Notes under the pieces: model-generated | Told to the model about the DNA's origin: nothing | The model's database searches: none | What the model saw: only the letters and a program-made list of their open reading frames with translations | Made by a program: the position numbers and the translations under genes | Source of the DNA: Hemiscyllium ocellatum | Taxonomy: Eukaryota | DNA length: 64,000 nt | Reading direction: 5' to 3' | NCBI RefSeq assembly: GCF_020745735.1 | Contig: NC_083413.1 | Coordinates: forward strand, 81,193,612 to 81,257,611 | Part shown: positions 12,286-25,109 of the stretch, piece after piece | Numbering within the stretch: position 1 is the first letter of the stretch | How the letters are laid out: every line of letters begins with the position of its first letter

Positions 12286-12919
12286 GTAAGAGCAATTACA
12301 GGGTAGTCCGTGGGTTCTGGATAGACGGTGGGCTGTTTATGAGCGGAGGCTGTGAATCAGCCTAATTTGACGCGGGCCGAGTCTAACCGCGTCCGGGGGT
12401 TGTCAGGGAAGACACCAGACCGACACCTTCCTTTCCCTCCTCTCTGACAAATGCAACTCAGAACTTGAGTCATGTCAGGGGAAGTTTGTTGTCGTTGTCC
12501 TCCTCGACGGCATAACAAACTATCACCAAGCGTCAGACGTGAACTTGTCCCTCAGCGAAAAGCCCCGCGGAATCTACAGAGGCTGTTCGGCCCAATAGTT
12601 CTCTACCGCCAAAGCGACACTGGTCCCACTTTCCAGCACTAGGCCCATAACCCTGAAAGTTAGGACACTTAAAACTGCAGGTGCTGCAAATCGGCAGCAA
12701 AAACAGATATTGCCGGAAATACATAACAAATTTGGTAGCATTAGTAGGGGGAAAACAGCTGGTATTTTTGGTCAATGAAAGGTTAAAAAATGAATATTCG
12801 TTAACTTGAAACATTGAGTGTATTCCTCTCTGAAGGTGTTACCTTCCCTCCCGAGTATTTCCAGCATTTCCCGTTTTTGTTTCAGATTGTACCTTGCTTA
12901 TGAGGTGGGATGATCGTCG

Positions 12920-13500
12920 AGTCATATAGCAAAGAAACAGACCCTTTAATCTAAGTCTTTTGTGCTGACTATACAATCCAGACATCCTACTCTGGTCCCA
13001 CTTGACTTAGCTTGGCCCATATCCCTCTAAACCTTTCCTATTCATAAACTCATCCAGGAGCCTTTTAATGTTGTAATTGTACCTGCCTCCACCACTTTCT
13101 CTGACAGCTTGTTCCATACGTCCACAACCCTCTGCTATAAACGTTACCCGTCCCAGGTCTTTGTTTAAGTCTTTCTCCTTGGAGCTATGCCTTTTTAGTT
13201 TTGGGGTCTTCCCATCCCAGGAAAAATCCTTGACTATTCACCCTTGCCATGCTCGTTGTCCTTTTATAAACTTCTATAAGCTCACCCCTCCGACTCTGAC
13301 GCTCCAGGGGGAAAAAACCCCAGCCTATCCAGCCTCTCGCTATAACTTGAGCACTGCAGTCCTGGCAACACACTTGTTAATCTTTTCTGCACCCTCTCAA
13401 GTTTAATAACATGGTGACCAGAACTGTAGTGGCCTTACTGCTATTCTGGACAGCCACAACATGACATCCCAACTCTTTTGTACTGACCAATGAAGGCAAT
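12920..13500 (-). mobile_element. CR1 LINE 3' fragment
   Basis: Homologous to 10036-10570, more decayed. Confidence 0.85.
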
Positions 13501-13936
13501 TCTCTGTTGACTTTTTATTGTCTTGCTGGAATTAACTCTGGAGTTTCTGAAACTACGTGTCATTGTGGAGATAAATTCCTGCCCACAGCTCAAAATTGTC
13601 ACCTGCATTAATAAACAGCTGAAATTTCCCATCTAGTCACTGTGAAGCAGCAATTGTCGATGTCAGCAGGGAAAGCATAGGTCACTGGAATAGAGAAAAC
13701 TAATAAAATACTTGGTGTTAAGATCCATGTTTTACCCCATTTTGATTTGAAAATTGTTGGGTGCAGCCTTTGAAATGAATGATGTCATTCCTTATCTTGC
13801 AATGGAAGAACATTTATGAAGCGTACAAGGAGGACAGCCAGTTTTCTTTTTCTAGTATCTGGTAGAGGTATGCCTCCTCACAAAGGTGGCATATTAAGAT
13901 GGGACAACGTATGGCTGCAACACAGTAGAGGTGATA

Positions 13937-14240
13937 GAGTTCCTGAAATTAAAACTTTAGCCCTTGAAGATAGAGCAAAAGAGCTCCTGAAAGTAAAACT
14001 TTAGCCCTTGAAGAAAAACGATCTTGATCTCTACATGATACATTACATCGATCAGTGACAAACCACTGATACACCAGTTACGAGACTACTCAGCACAATT
14101 GGTTCCAAGTTTAGGAAACACCCAGTGCTGCTACTCCTAGGTTTAGGGAACATAGCACTAATACTCCTAGGTTCTGAAACGCAGTGTTAGTACTCCTAGG
14201 TTTCGGGAACATGCAGTGTTAATGCTCCAAGTTCAGAGTA
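13937..14240. repeat. 44-bp-period duplication followed by a degenerate ~30-bp minisatellite
   Basis: gag(t/c)tcctgaaa(t/g)taaaactttagcccttgaaga at 13937 and 13981. Core actcctaggtt at 14133, 14163 and 14192, with degenerate copies at ~14102 and ~14224. Confidence 0.8.
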
Positions 14241-14419
14241 TGTGCCATGCCCATCCAAATAAGTTAGACTATGGGGTGTTGTACCATATAATTAAGGGAA
14301 GGTATCATTCTCTTTCAAGTTGGTGAACAGTGCTCAGCAGTTCAAAGAAAGTGCAGTTCTCACCCTTGCATTTCTCAGGCCTCTCTATTCCTGCACCACT
14401 TTAAAGATTGTAGTACAGA

Positions 14420-15830
14420 TTCATAGATATGTACAGCACTGAAACAGACCCTAGGGTCTAATTCATCTACGCTGACCAAATATCCTAAATTTATTGGCCC
14501 ATTTTCCAGCAGTTGACCCATATCCCTCTAAACCCTTCCTATTCATATACCCATCCTGAGGGCTTTTAAATAGTGTAATTGTACCAGCCTCCACCACTTG
14601 CTCTGCCAGTTCATTCATACACACACCACCTTCTACATTAAAAATTTGCTCCTTATTTCCCTTTTAAATTTTTCCTCAAAACCTATGCGTCTAGTTCTGG
14701 ACTCACCCACCTCAAAGTAAAGACCTTATCTATTTATCCTATCTGTGCCACTGATGATTTTAAAACCTCATAAGGTCACTCCTTAGCCTGTGATGATCCA
14801 GGAAAAACAGCTGCAGCCTATTCTGCTTCTCCCAAAAACTCAAACCCTCCAAAATTGGCAACATCCTTTGTAAATCTCTTCTGAACCTTTTCAAGTTTTA
14901 ACAATATCCTTCCTATAGGAGGGAGACCAGAATTGCACACAATATTCCAAAAGTGGCCAAACCAATGACCTTTCAACTCCTGTACTCAATGATCTGGCCA
15001 ATAAAGGAAAGCATATCAAACACTGTTTTCACTATCCTATCGACCTACGGCCCCACTTTCAAGGAACTATGAACCTGCACTCCAAGGTCCCTTTGTTCAG
15101 CAAGCCTCCCCAGGATCTTACCATTAAGTGTATAAGTCCTGCTCTTATTTGCCTTTCCAAAGTGCAGCACCTCATTTATCTAAATCAAACTCCATCTGCC
15201 ATTTCTCAGCCCATTGGCCCATCTGATCAAGATCCAATGCTAAGATAACCTTTTTTGCTGTCCACTACACCTCCAATTTTGGTGTTATCTGTAAATCATT
15301 TATACAAATGACGAAAAGCAGTGGACCCAGCACCGATCCTTGTAGCACACCGCTGGTCACAGGCCTCCAGTTTGAAAAGCAACCATCCACTACCACCCTC
15401 TGTCTTCTACCTTCAAACTAGTTCTGTATCCAAACGGCTAGTTCTCCCTGTATTTCATGCAATCTAACCTTGCTAACTAGTCTACCATTAGGAACCTTGT
15501 CGAATGCCTTACTGAAGTCCACCACTCTGTCCTCGTTGATATTCTTCGTTACTTCTTTAAAAAAAAACTCAATCAAGTTAGTGAGTCATGATTTCCAATG
15601 CACAAAGCCATGTCGACTATCCCTAATCACTCCTTGCCTATCCAAATGCATGTAAATCTTGTCCCTCAGGATTCCCACCAACAACTTGCCCACCACCAAT
15701 GTCCAGTTCACCAGTCTTTAGTTCCCTGGCTAATCCTTACCACCTTCTTTAAATAGTGGCACCACATTAGCCAACCTCCAGTCTTCCAGCACTTCACCTG
15801 TGACGTTTGATGATCTAAGTATCTCAGCTA
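14420..15830 (-). mobile_element. CR1 LINE, RT to 3' end, decayed
   Basis: Reverse-strand DFSKAFDKVP, SGV.QGSVLGP and CR1 3' UTR. Confidence 0.9.
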
Positions 15831-16336
15831 TTTAGTTAATATTATCTTTTACAATGCATCCCTTAACATTTGTTAAATTTCATCTGCCATGTTTCTGCCC
15901 ATCACATCTTTCTGCACTCTGCCATTATCCTTCTCACTGTTTACATTTCCAAATTCTTTGTCATTGCAAACTTTTAAATTATGCCTTGTATGCCTACGCA
16001 CAGGATAAAAAAAACACAGGGATTCTAATTCTGGGAACACCACAGTACACCTTCCTCAGCCATTTATACATGTATGTACTTTAGTTTTACTAACAACTTC
16101 ATTATTTAGAACTTTATCACATGCCTTTTGAAAGTTCTGTACAACTCCATTACCCTTACCAACACTGTCTGTTAGTTCTTCAAAAAACCCAGTCAATTTT
16201 GCCAGAAGTTAGTGATCAATTTGTAAAGATTATGTTTTTCCATGTGTCAGACTGTTGGTCAAATTTCAGATATCGTCCTTAGAATTATTTATAAATAGAG
16301 GGCTATCATTCTGATAATTTTTCAACATTACAATAA

Positions 16337-16750
16337 TGATTTGCTTTTATATAGTGTCTGGTCCCTGGACAATCCAAAATACTTTATGGCTAATTAATTT
16401 GAAGTAGTCACTGATGTTAAATAGTAAATGTGTAATCCGTTTGAACCCAACAAGATTCCACAAAGAGAAATATGATAATGACTAGATTCACTTTTGTGAT
16501 CTTGATTTGAGAAATTAATATCAGCAAAGATATCTGCTTTTCTTTGGGATACTGCCATGTGATCCATAATGTTGAGCTGTGAAAGCAGACAGAGCCTTGG
16601 CTCAACATCTCAACTGAAAGACAGTACCTCTGACAGTTCAGCACTCCTTCAATACCAAATAAGAGCACCATCCTGGATTTTTCAGTTTGGTTTTCTGGAA
16701 TGGGATACAGAAATCTTCTGACTGAGCAGTCTTCCCCACTGAGCATGCTG
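16337..16750 (-). mobile_element. Ancient SINE remnant (Deu-domain/SacSINE-like)
   Basis: Recalled consensus blocks gaagt(gt)agtcactg, gtgaaagcagac.g.gccttgg, gaaagacagtacctctgacagt.cagcactcc. Confidence 0.55.
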
Positions 16751-17376
16751 AAACTTCTAAAGAAAGTATTCCATTGGCTGATAATTGCTTTGGCATACCC
16801 TGAGTTTACCAAAGATGTGATATAAAAATGCAAATGCTTTCTCCAGTGTTGCTTTCTCTTTATTCTGTGCCTCTTTTAAGAAACAGTTTGATCAATGTTT
16901 GATTTCCAAGGCATGTCACACTGACAATTCTTTAAATGGCAATCAGCCATTTGCTACTTACCTATGTGAAATCTCCCATCTTCAGCATATCCTGAAATCT
17001 AGGTGCCCTAGAATTCAAATAGCTTTTAGATTTTTCCAGATTTCAGTAGCATGGCATTTGGAAGAAAATTTTCTCCAGAATGTGCTGGAGGAGACTGGAT
17101 GTAGGTTTGTTCGTTGAGCTGGAAGGTTTGTTTTCAGACATTTTGTCTCCATATTAGGTAACATCTTCAGTGAGCCTTCAAATGATGCACTGGTGTGTAG
17201 CCCGCTTTCTATTTAGATGTTTGAGTTTCCTAGGGTTGGTGAGGACTTACGGAGGGAACACAGATGAGAAATTTCTATGCATCTCCTGAATTTGAAAAAA
17301 AAATTCTTACCTTGTTCCACTTTTTAAATAGTGTTTCATACTAAGTGTGGAGTGTTACTGTTCTGTGTTTATACAG

Positions 17377-17455
17377 GTGATGATCCTTTGTACTCTGAGC
17401 CCTGGCTTCGATCAGTGAGTTTGAACAGACATATTGTAAAGAATGGATTTCATAG
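17377..17455 (+). CDS. PIGX: PIGX exon 2
   Basis: acag|GT...AG|gtaag. DDPLYSEPWLRSVSLNRHIVKNGFHR carries the PIG-X 'GFHR' motif. Confidence 0.92.
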
Positions 17456-17919
17456 GTAAGACTGTCAGATTATAAATATGTTGCTGTATTATTTTAATAC
17501 AAGACAGGTTGAAGCAGTGTGCTTTTCAAAAGCTGTCTTTCTGTCATACATTCATTTAATTAGACAGATTTGTAATTATTGTAACAGATTTCAGGGGTGA
17601 AAATGTATTCTGTAAGGAAAAGCACTTATAAACTATTAAATAGAATAAGATTGGCATTCTACAGAATTACATAATTCCAAGCTAGAATTATGTTAAAGTA
17701 CACCAGAGAGAGAGAGAGAGAGAGTATGTTATCAGACTTTTGAATGGACCTCTTTAATGTTAATGTTGACCTTCTCTGTACTTTCTTGGCAGCTATAACA
17801 TTATATTTTACACCCTGTTCCATTACCCTGATGCACTTGTAGGTATAATCTGCCTGTAAAACATGTAAAATGACACTTTTCATTGTGTGTTGGCACACAT
17901 GACAGTAATAAATCAGATC

Positions 17920-18918
17920 AAATGACCAGCAGTATGCCGCAGGGGTCGGTGCTGAGTCCATTGCTTTTTATCATTTGTGTAAATGATTTGGATGTGAATA
18001 TAGGCGGTATGGTTAGTAAGTTTGCAGATAACACCAAAATTGGTGACGCAATGGACAGTGAAGAAGGTTAGCTCAAAGTAAAATGGGACTTTGGATGGAC
18101 AAATGGGCTGAGGAGTGGCAGGTGGAGTTTAATTTAAATAAATATGTGATGCTGTATTTTAGTATGGCAAATCAGGGCAGGACTGATACACTTAATAGTA
18201 AAGTCCCGGGAAGTGTTGCCAAACACAGACACCTTGGAGTGCAGATTTATATTTCCTTGAAAATGGAGTTGCAGGTAGACATGGTGGTGAAGAAGATGTT
18301 TGATATGCTTGTCTTTATTAGTCGGCGTGACTCTATAGGAGTTGAGAGGTCATGTTGCGGCTGTACAGGATATTGGTTAGGCCGCTTTTGGAATATTGTG
18401 TTCAATTCTGTTCTCCCTCCTATAGGAAAGATGTTGTGAAACTTGGAAGGATTCAAAAAAGATTTACAAGGATGTTCCCAGGGTTGGAGGGTTTGAGGTA
18501 TAGAGAGAGACTGAATAGGCTGGGGCTATTTTCCCAGGAACATCGGAGGCTGAGGGGTGACCTTACAGAAGTTTATAAAATCATGAGGTGCATGATAGGG
18601 TGTGTAGCCAAGGTCTTTTACCCAGGGTAGGGGAGTCCAAACCTAGAGGGTATAGGTGAGAGGTGAAAGATTTAAAAGGGACCTAAGGGGGTAATTTGTT
18701 TATGCGGAGGGTGGTGCGTGATGGAATGAGCTGCAAGAGGAGGTGGTGGAGGCTGTTACAATTACAACACTTAAAAGGCACCAAGGCGGATATATGAATA
18801 GGAAAGACTTAAGAGGGATATAGGCCAAATGTTGGCAAATGGAAGTAGATTAATTTAGGATATCTGGCCATGTTGGACCAAAAGGTCTGTTTCCGTGCTG
18901 TACATCTCTATGACTCTA
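17920..18918 (+). mobile_element. CR1 LINE, RT to 3' end
   Basis: PQGSVLSP, SKFADNTK, LVRPLLEYCVQF, RRLRGDL. Confidence 0.92.
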
Positions 18919-19649
18919 AATCTGATAAGCATTTATCACAGTGGTAATGGGGGCGGTAGAGAGAACTAAAATAAATTTGTGTATATTGATGAAAACTGGT
19001 ACTCTTCAAATACATATTAAAAGAGAGAAAACACAAAAGATGCATGCAGCAGAGGGTGGAAACTAATAAACTAAATAATAGCAGCTATCAACAGAGTACG
19101 CCGATTAAGGCAGTGATACCACAATGATCAATACATTTGTCCTATGCAACTTTCAGGAATAAACCCATGTGCTACTTAAAGCTAACAGACGTTTGTTAAG
19201 GCAACCCTATGTACAGTGCTGCAAGAGTCTCAGCATTTACCCTTATCCAACAGATTGGAGGTTAGGGTGAATGAGCAAACTGATCATGGTACTATCAACC
19301 ATTCAATTCATGGAGAGGAAAGGAATGTGATAATGATAAGGGACAGTATAGTCAGAGGATAGGTACTATTACATTTTTGTTATTTGTAGCGAGCTAGGAA
19401 TTAAGCATTGAGGTTATACATCTAGAATTCCACATTTACTGCTGCAATCCAGTGTAGCAGCAATGCATCAGTGCACCAGTCATATGGTGAGCTCTAAGGA
19501 ATAGCTTTGAATCTCCACCATTGAGTCTAAAATTGTGAATATTTCCAACATATGGAAACCAGAATACATTATAGCCACTGTTCCATGCAGCCATGACCAG
19601 GACCCTGAACAGTGTGTTGCCTACGTGATGCTTTGCTTAAGTACATCTC

Positions 19650-20980
19650 CTTGAAGCTGGAGAAGAACTTAGGATGGAAATGGGAAGAATTAATTCTTAA
19701 TATCCTTTTGGGAGCCAAAAGGTTTTTGAGGATATTGCTAGGAGAGTCAATATAGTGGAACCAGTTGATGCACTGTATTTAGATTTTCAGAAGACTTTTG
19801 ATAAATTCCTGCATGGGTATTAGTAATCAAAATTAACGTGCATGTAATTGGGAGTAATATACTAGCACCAGTTGATGATTGATCAAAGGGCCTGTTTCTC
19901 TGCTCTATGACCCTCTGCCTGTTAAGCAATAACAGCAGGGACTAGGAACAAATAGGTTAGTCTCAGGTTGACAGGCTATGATCAGTGAAGTACTGCAAAG
20001 ATCACGGTTTTGGTCCTCAGCTGTTCACAATCTATATTGATGATTTAGATGTGGGAACCAATTGTAACATTTCTAAATTTGCTGATGATTCAAAATCTGG
20101 TGGGAACAAGTGTTGTGCCAAGGATGCAAAGAGATTTCAAACGACTGAAAGTGGACAACAGCATGGAAGATGGGCTGTAATATGAATAAGATTGAGGTTG
20201 TCTACTTTGCTAAGAGGAATGAAAGTGTAGTAAATTTTCTTCAATGATGAGAGATTGGTAAGTGTTGCTGTCCAATGGGACCTGTATGGTGTTCTTAAGT
20301 CACTGAAAGCTAGTTTATTGGTGCACCAAGTAATTTGGAATGCAAATTATATGCTGTCCTTCACTGCACGATGACCTGAGTTCAGGAGTAAAGTCATCTT
20401 ACTTCTACTTGTATAGAACAATGGTGTGTATTTGATGCTGTTCTGGTCCCCTTGCCTAAGGAAGGATATATTTACCCTAGCAGAAGTGTAGTGGAGGAAA
20501 CCTTTTTTAATTGTTTATGGGACATGGGCGTCACTGGCTAAGCCAGCATTTATTGCTCATGCCTAATTGATTGGAGGGTAATTAAGAGTCAGTCACATTG
20601 CTGTGGGTCTGCAGCCATATGTAGGCCAAACCAGGTGAGGACAGAAGTTTCTTTCCTGCAATGACATTAGTGAACCAGATGGGTGTTTTCTGGTGATTGA
20701 CAATGGTTTCATGGCCATCATGAGACTCAATTCCACATTATTATTGAATTCAAACTTTACCATCTGCCATAGTGGGATTTGAACTGGATCCCCTGAACAT
20801 TACCTTGGACTCTGGATTAATAGTCCAGTGATAATACCACTATGCCAATCATCAGATTTATTATTGGGATGGTGGAATGCGATAAGAGGAGAGATTGAGA
20901 ACACTGTGTCTGTATTCTCTGGACTTTAGAAGAATGAGAGATGATCTCATAGAATTTGCACAATTCATAAAAGGCAACAA
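19650..20980 (+). mobile_element. Older CR1 remnant containing a nested minus-strand tRNA-headed SINE (~20510-20848)
   Basis: GPQLFTIYIDDLD..SKFADD in ORF 19985. The nested element ends in reverse box B/A (gggatttgaac...tagtccagtgataataccactatgcc). Confidence 0.75.
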
Positions 20981-20984
20981 CACG

Positions 20985-23900
20985 ATCTCTCTGCTTGTCT
21001 ACACTGCCAAGAATCTTATCATTAGCCCAGTACGCTTTATTCCTTATGCTCCTTCCAAAGTGAAACACCTCACTTTTACACATTAACTCAATTTGCCACC
21101 TCTAAGCCCAGCTCTGCAGCTTATCTACGTCCCTCTGTGACCTGCAACATCCTTCTGCACTGTCTGCAACTCCACTGACCTTAGTGTCATCTGTAAATTT
21201 TCTAATCCATTCTTTTATGCCCTCTTCCAGGTCAATTATAACAATGCCAAACAGCAATGGCTCCAAAACAGATCCTTGCGGTACACCACTAGTAACTGAA
21301 CTCCAGGATGAGCATTTCCGATCAACCTCTGTCTTCTTTCAGCCAGCCAATTTCTGATCCAAACTGCTAGATCGCCCTCAATCCCAGGCCTCTGTATTTT
21401 GTGCAATAGCCTACCTTGGGGGACCTTATCAAATGCCTTACTGAAGTCCATATGCACCCCATCAACAGCTTTACCCTCATCCACCTGTTTGGTCACCTTC
21501 TCAAGGAAATGAATAAAGTTTGTGAAGCACAACCTACCCTTCACAAAACTGTGTTGACTATCCCTAATCCTTTCTAAATGATTATAGATCCTATCTTTCA
21601 TAACCTTTTCCAACACTTTATCCACAACCAAAATAAGGCTTACTATTCTATAATTTCCAGGGTTGTCTCTATTCCCCTTCTTGAACAAGGGAACAACATT
21701 TGTTATTCTCCAGTCTGCTAGCACTATTCCTGTAGACAATGATGACATAAAGATCAAAGCCAAAGGCTTTGCAATCTCCTCTCTGGCTTCAGAGAATCCT
21801 AGGACAAGTCCCACCTGGCCCACGCCATTTATCTATTTTCACACTTTTCAGAATTGCTAACACCACCTCCTTATGAACCTCAATACCGTCTAGTCTAGTA
21901 GCCTGTATCTCGTATTCTCCTTGACAACATTGTATTTTATCAGTGTGAATATTGACAAAAAAAATGCATTAGCGCTTCCCCTGTCTCCTGGGCCTCCACA
22001 CACAACTTCCCACTAATGTCATTGATTTGCCCTAATGTTACCCTAGTCATCCTTTTATTCCTGGTACACCTAGAGAAAGCTTTAGAGTTTTCTTTGATCC
22101 TATCTGCCAAAGACTTCTCATGTCATCTCTTGGCACTTCTTAGCTCTCTCTATAGGTCTTTCCTGACTAGCTTATAACTCTCAAGCGCCCTAACTGAGCC
22201 TTTACGTCTCATCCTAACATTAGCCGCCTTCTTCCACTTGACAAGAGATTCAACTTCCTTAGTAAACCACGGCTCCCTCACTCAACTACTTCCTTTCTGC
22301 CTGACCGGTACATACTTATCAAGGACACACAGTAACTGTCCCTTGAATAAGGTCCACATTTCAACTGTGCCCATCCCCTGCAGTTTCCTTCTCCATCCTA
22401 TGCATCCTAAATCTTGCCTAATCCCATCATAATTGCCTTTCCCCCAGTTTTAACTCTTGCCCTGAGGTATGTACCTATCCCCTTCCATTACTAAAGTAAA
22501 CAAAACCAAACTGTGGTCATTATCACCAAAGTGCTCACCTACCTCCAAATCTAACACCTGGCCAGGTTCATTACCCAGTACCAAATCCAATGCGGCCTCA
22601 CTCCTTGTTCAGGAGATCATCTTGCACACATTGGACAAAAACTGACCCACCTAAAGTATTCAAACTATATTCCGGTCAATGTTTGGAAATTTAAAATCCC
22701 CCCAAAACATCTACCCTGTTAGTCTCGCTCCTATCCAGAATCATCTTTGCAATCCTTTCCTCTACATCTCTGGAACTATTCGGAGGTCAATAGAAAACTC
22801 CTAATAGGGTGACCTCTCCTTTCCTGTATCTAACTTCAGAACATACTACCTCAATAGACGAGTCCTCAAGTATCCTTTCTGCCACTGTAATACCATCCTT
22901 GGCTTAGAAAGTCGCACCTCCCCCCTCTTTTACCACCACCTCTGTCCTTACTGAAGCATCTGAATCCTGGAATGTGTGACAACTATTCCTGTCCCTGCCC
23001 TATCCATGTCTACAAAATGGCCACAGCATACAAGTCCCAGGTACCAACCATGCTGCAGGTTCACCCACCTTATTCTGGGTGCTCCTAGCATTGAAGTAGA
23101 CACACTTCAAACCACCTTCCTGCTTGCCAGTGCACTCTGGTGACCTTGAAGCCATATTTTTGACCTCTCTGCTCTCAACCTCCAAGACACTACAATTTAG
23201 GTCCCATTCCCCCTGCTGAATTAGTTTAAACAATCCCGAAGAGCATTAGCAAATTTCACCCCCAGGATATTAGTGCCCCTCTGGTTCAGATAAAGACCAT
23301 CCTGTTTGTAGATGTCCCATCTACCCCAGAATGAGTTGCAAATATCCAGGCATCTGAAACCCTCCTCCTGCACCATCCCTGTAGCCACATGTCCAACTCC
23401 CCTCTCTCCCTATTCCTTGCCTTGCTAGCATATGGCATGGGCAATAAACCAGAGGTAACAACTCTGTTTGTTCTTGCTCCAAGCTTCCTCCCTTGCTCCC
23501 TGAATTTCTGCCTTAAATCCCCATTTATTTTCCTGCATATGTTGTTAGTGCCTATGTGGACAACTTGGGGCTGCTTCCCTTCTTCTCAAGGATCCCGAAA
23601 ACATGATCTGAGACATCACGAACCTGGCACTTGAGAGGCAACACACCAATCGTGTGACTGTCTCGTTCCCACAGAACCTCCTATCTGTCCCCCTAACTAT
23701 GAAGTTGCCAATGACTAATACTCTGCTCCTCTCTCCCCTTCTCTTCTGAGCAATAGGGAAAGACCCTTGGTAAGTTGTCCCCCCACCAACTATATCTAAA
23801 ATGGTACACTTGTTTTTGAGGGCAACATCCACAGGGGATCCCTGCACTGTTTGCCGGTTCCCTTTCTGTCCCCTGACTGTAACCCATCTGCGTTTTTCTT

Positions 23901-24140
23901 GTACCTGAGGTTTGACTACCTGCCTGTAACTCCTCTCAATAACTCCCTCCGCCTCCTGAATGAACTTAGGTTCATCCAGCTCCAGCTCCAGTTCCCTAAC
24001 ATGATTTTCAAGGAGCTGGAGTTGGGTGTACTTTCCAGATGAAGTCAGCAAGGACATGAGTGATGACCCTTACCTCCCACTTCTGCAGGAGGAACATTCA
24101 ACTGCCCTAACCGCCATTCCCACTATTCTAAATTCCCAAA
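20985..24140 (-). mobile_element. CR1 LINE 5' portion: ORF1 (coiled-coil plus SGNH esterase) and ORF2 endonuclease/RT fragments
   Basis: QLLENHVRELELELDE...VLVIGNFIVRGTDRRFCG (decayed GDS esterase motif). LKCVYFNARS. NVVPLFKKG...PGNYR...DFSKAFDKVP. Confidence 0.92.
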
Positions 24141-24216
24141 GTTTTCATGCAACTGTAGTGATATTCAAAGTTTGGGGGATATCTCCTAGGACATGAGTGT
24201 TTTGGCACCTCACAGC

Positions 24217-24543
24217 GTCATAGAGATGTACAGCATGGAAACAGACCCTTCAGTCCAACCCGTCCATGCCGACCAGATATCCCAATCCAATCTCGTCCCA
24301 CCTGCCAGGCCCATATCCCTCCAAACCCTTCCTATTCATATACCCATCCAAATGCCTCTTAAATGTTGCAATTGTACCAGCCTCCACCACTTCCTCTGGC
24401 AGCTCATTCCATACACGTACCACCCTCTGTGTGGAAAAAGTTGTCCCGTAGGACTCTTTTATATCTTTCTCCTCTCATCCTAAACTTATGCCCTCTTGTT
24501 CTGGACTCCCTGACCCCAGGGAAAAGACTTTGCCTATTTACCT
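24217..24543 (-). mobile_element. 5'-truncated CR1 3' end
   Basis: Homologous to 10036-10370. Confidence 0.92.
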
Positions 24544-24698
24544 CATGCTAAGACCTTAAATAATGCATGCAAGAGGTCATGTTTTATTATCTTAGTATCC
24601 TGCTTGAACAAAGAATATTAACCTAACATCTTCCTGGTTCTGTCTCTGTGAATTTGTATGACCCTATCCTGTAAAATACAGGAAAAATCAAATGTTTT
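24543..24698. repeat. Non-CR1 segment duplicated in inverted orientation at 47299-47456
   Basis: Manual alignment: about 7 substitutions plus a 2-nt T-run indel over 156 bp. Confidence 0.95.
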
Positions 24699-24973
24699 CT
24701 CCCATGGCAATTCCACGTTAAACTGTCAGTTTTCCACCTTGCCCTTGTATATAAGACTAAATTGTGAACTTTCTGTTCTAAAGCCTCAGTGCTGTGTGAT
24801 GTCTTTGCTCAATGAGACAGAGTTGCAAAAATCTGTCAAGGTTAGAATAAAACATGTAAAACGACAAAATGAATCTAAATGCCATGTTCATGTGGTGAAC
24901 TTTGAGGAAGCATTGATGAATAGGTAAGAACCTGACTTCTAGTGACTAATTGACTGCTTGTTACATTTTGTAG

Positions 24974-25109
24974 AGAGTTAGTAATGGATGTTGACCTTGG
25001 TGAAGGTGCTCAACCCGGCTGTCGCATTGTGATTAAGGAACAGTTACCGCAAGGGCTTTATGTGGATCCATATGAACTTGCTTCAATGCGAGAGCAGAAG
25101 AGTAAAGAG
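24974..25109 (+). CDS. PIGX: PIGX exon 3
   Basis: ttttgtag|A...GAG|gtatga. ELVMDVDLGEGAQPGCRIVIKEQLPQGLYVDPYELASMRE carries the PIG-X 'GLYVDPYEL' motif. Confidence 0.96.

Larger units (their letters stand above)
11840..12420. promoter_or_regulatory. CpG-rich bidirectional promoter shared by CEP19 and PIGX, with RFX X-box-like sites
   Basis: Local GC/CpG enrichment. Divergent first exons lie within about 200 bp. X-box-like motifs: GTTACCATG (11843), CTTGACAAC (~11936), CATGGCAAC (11956-11964), GTTGTCAGGGAAGAC (~12398). Confidence 0.75.

Noticed and set aside
14100-14240. CRISPR-like spaced repeats
   Set aside because: Vertebrate DNA. The units are degenerate tandem copies with related 'spacers', and there are no cas genes.
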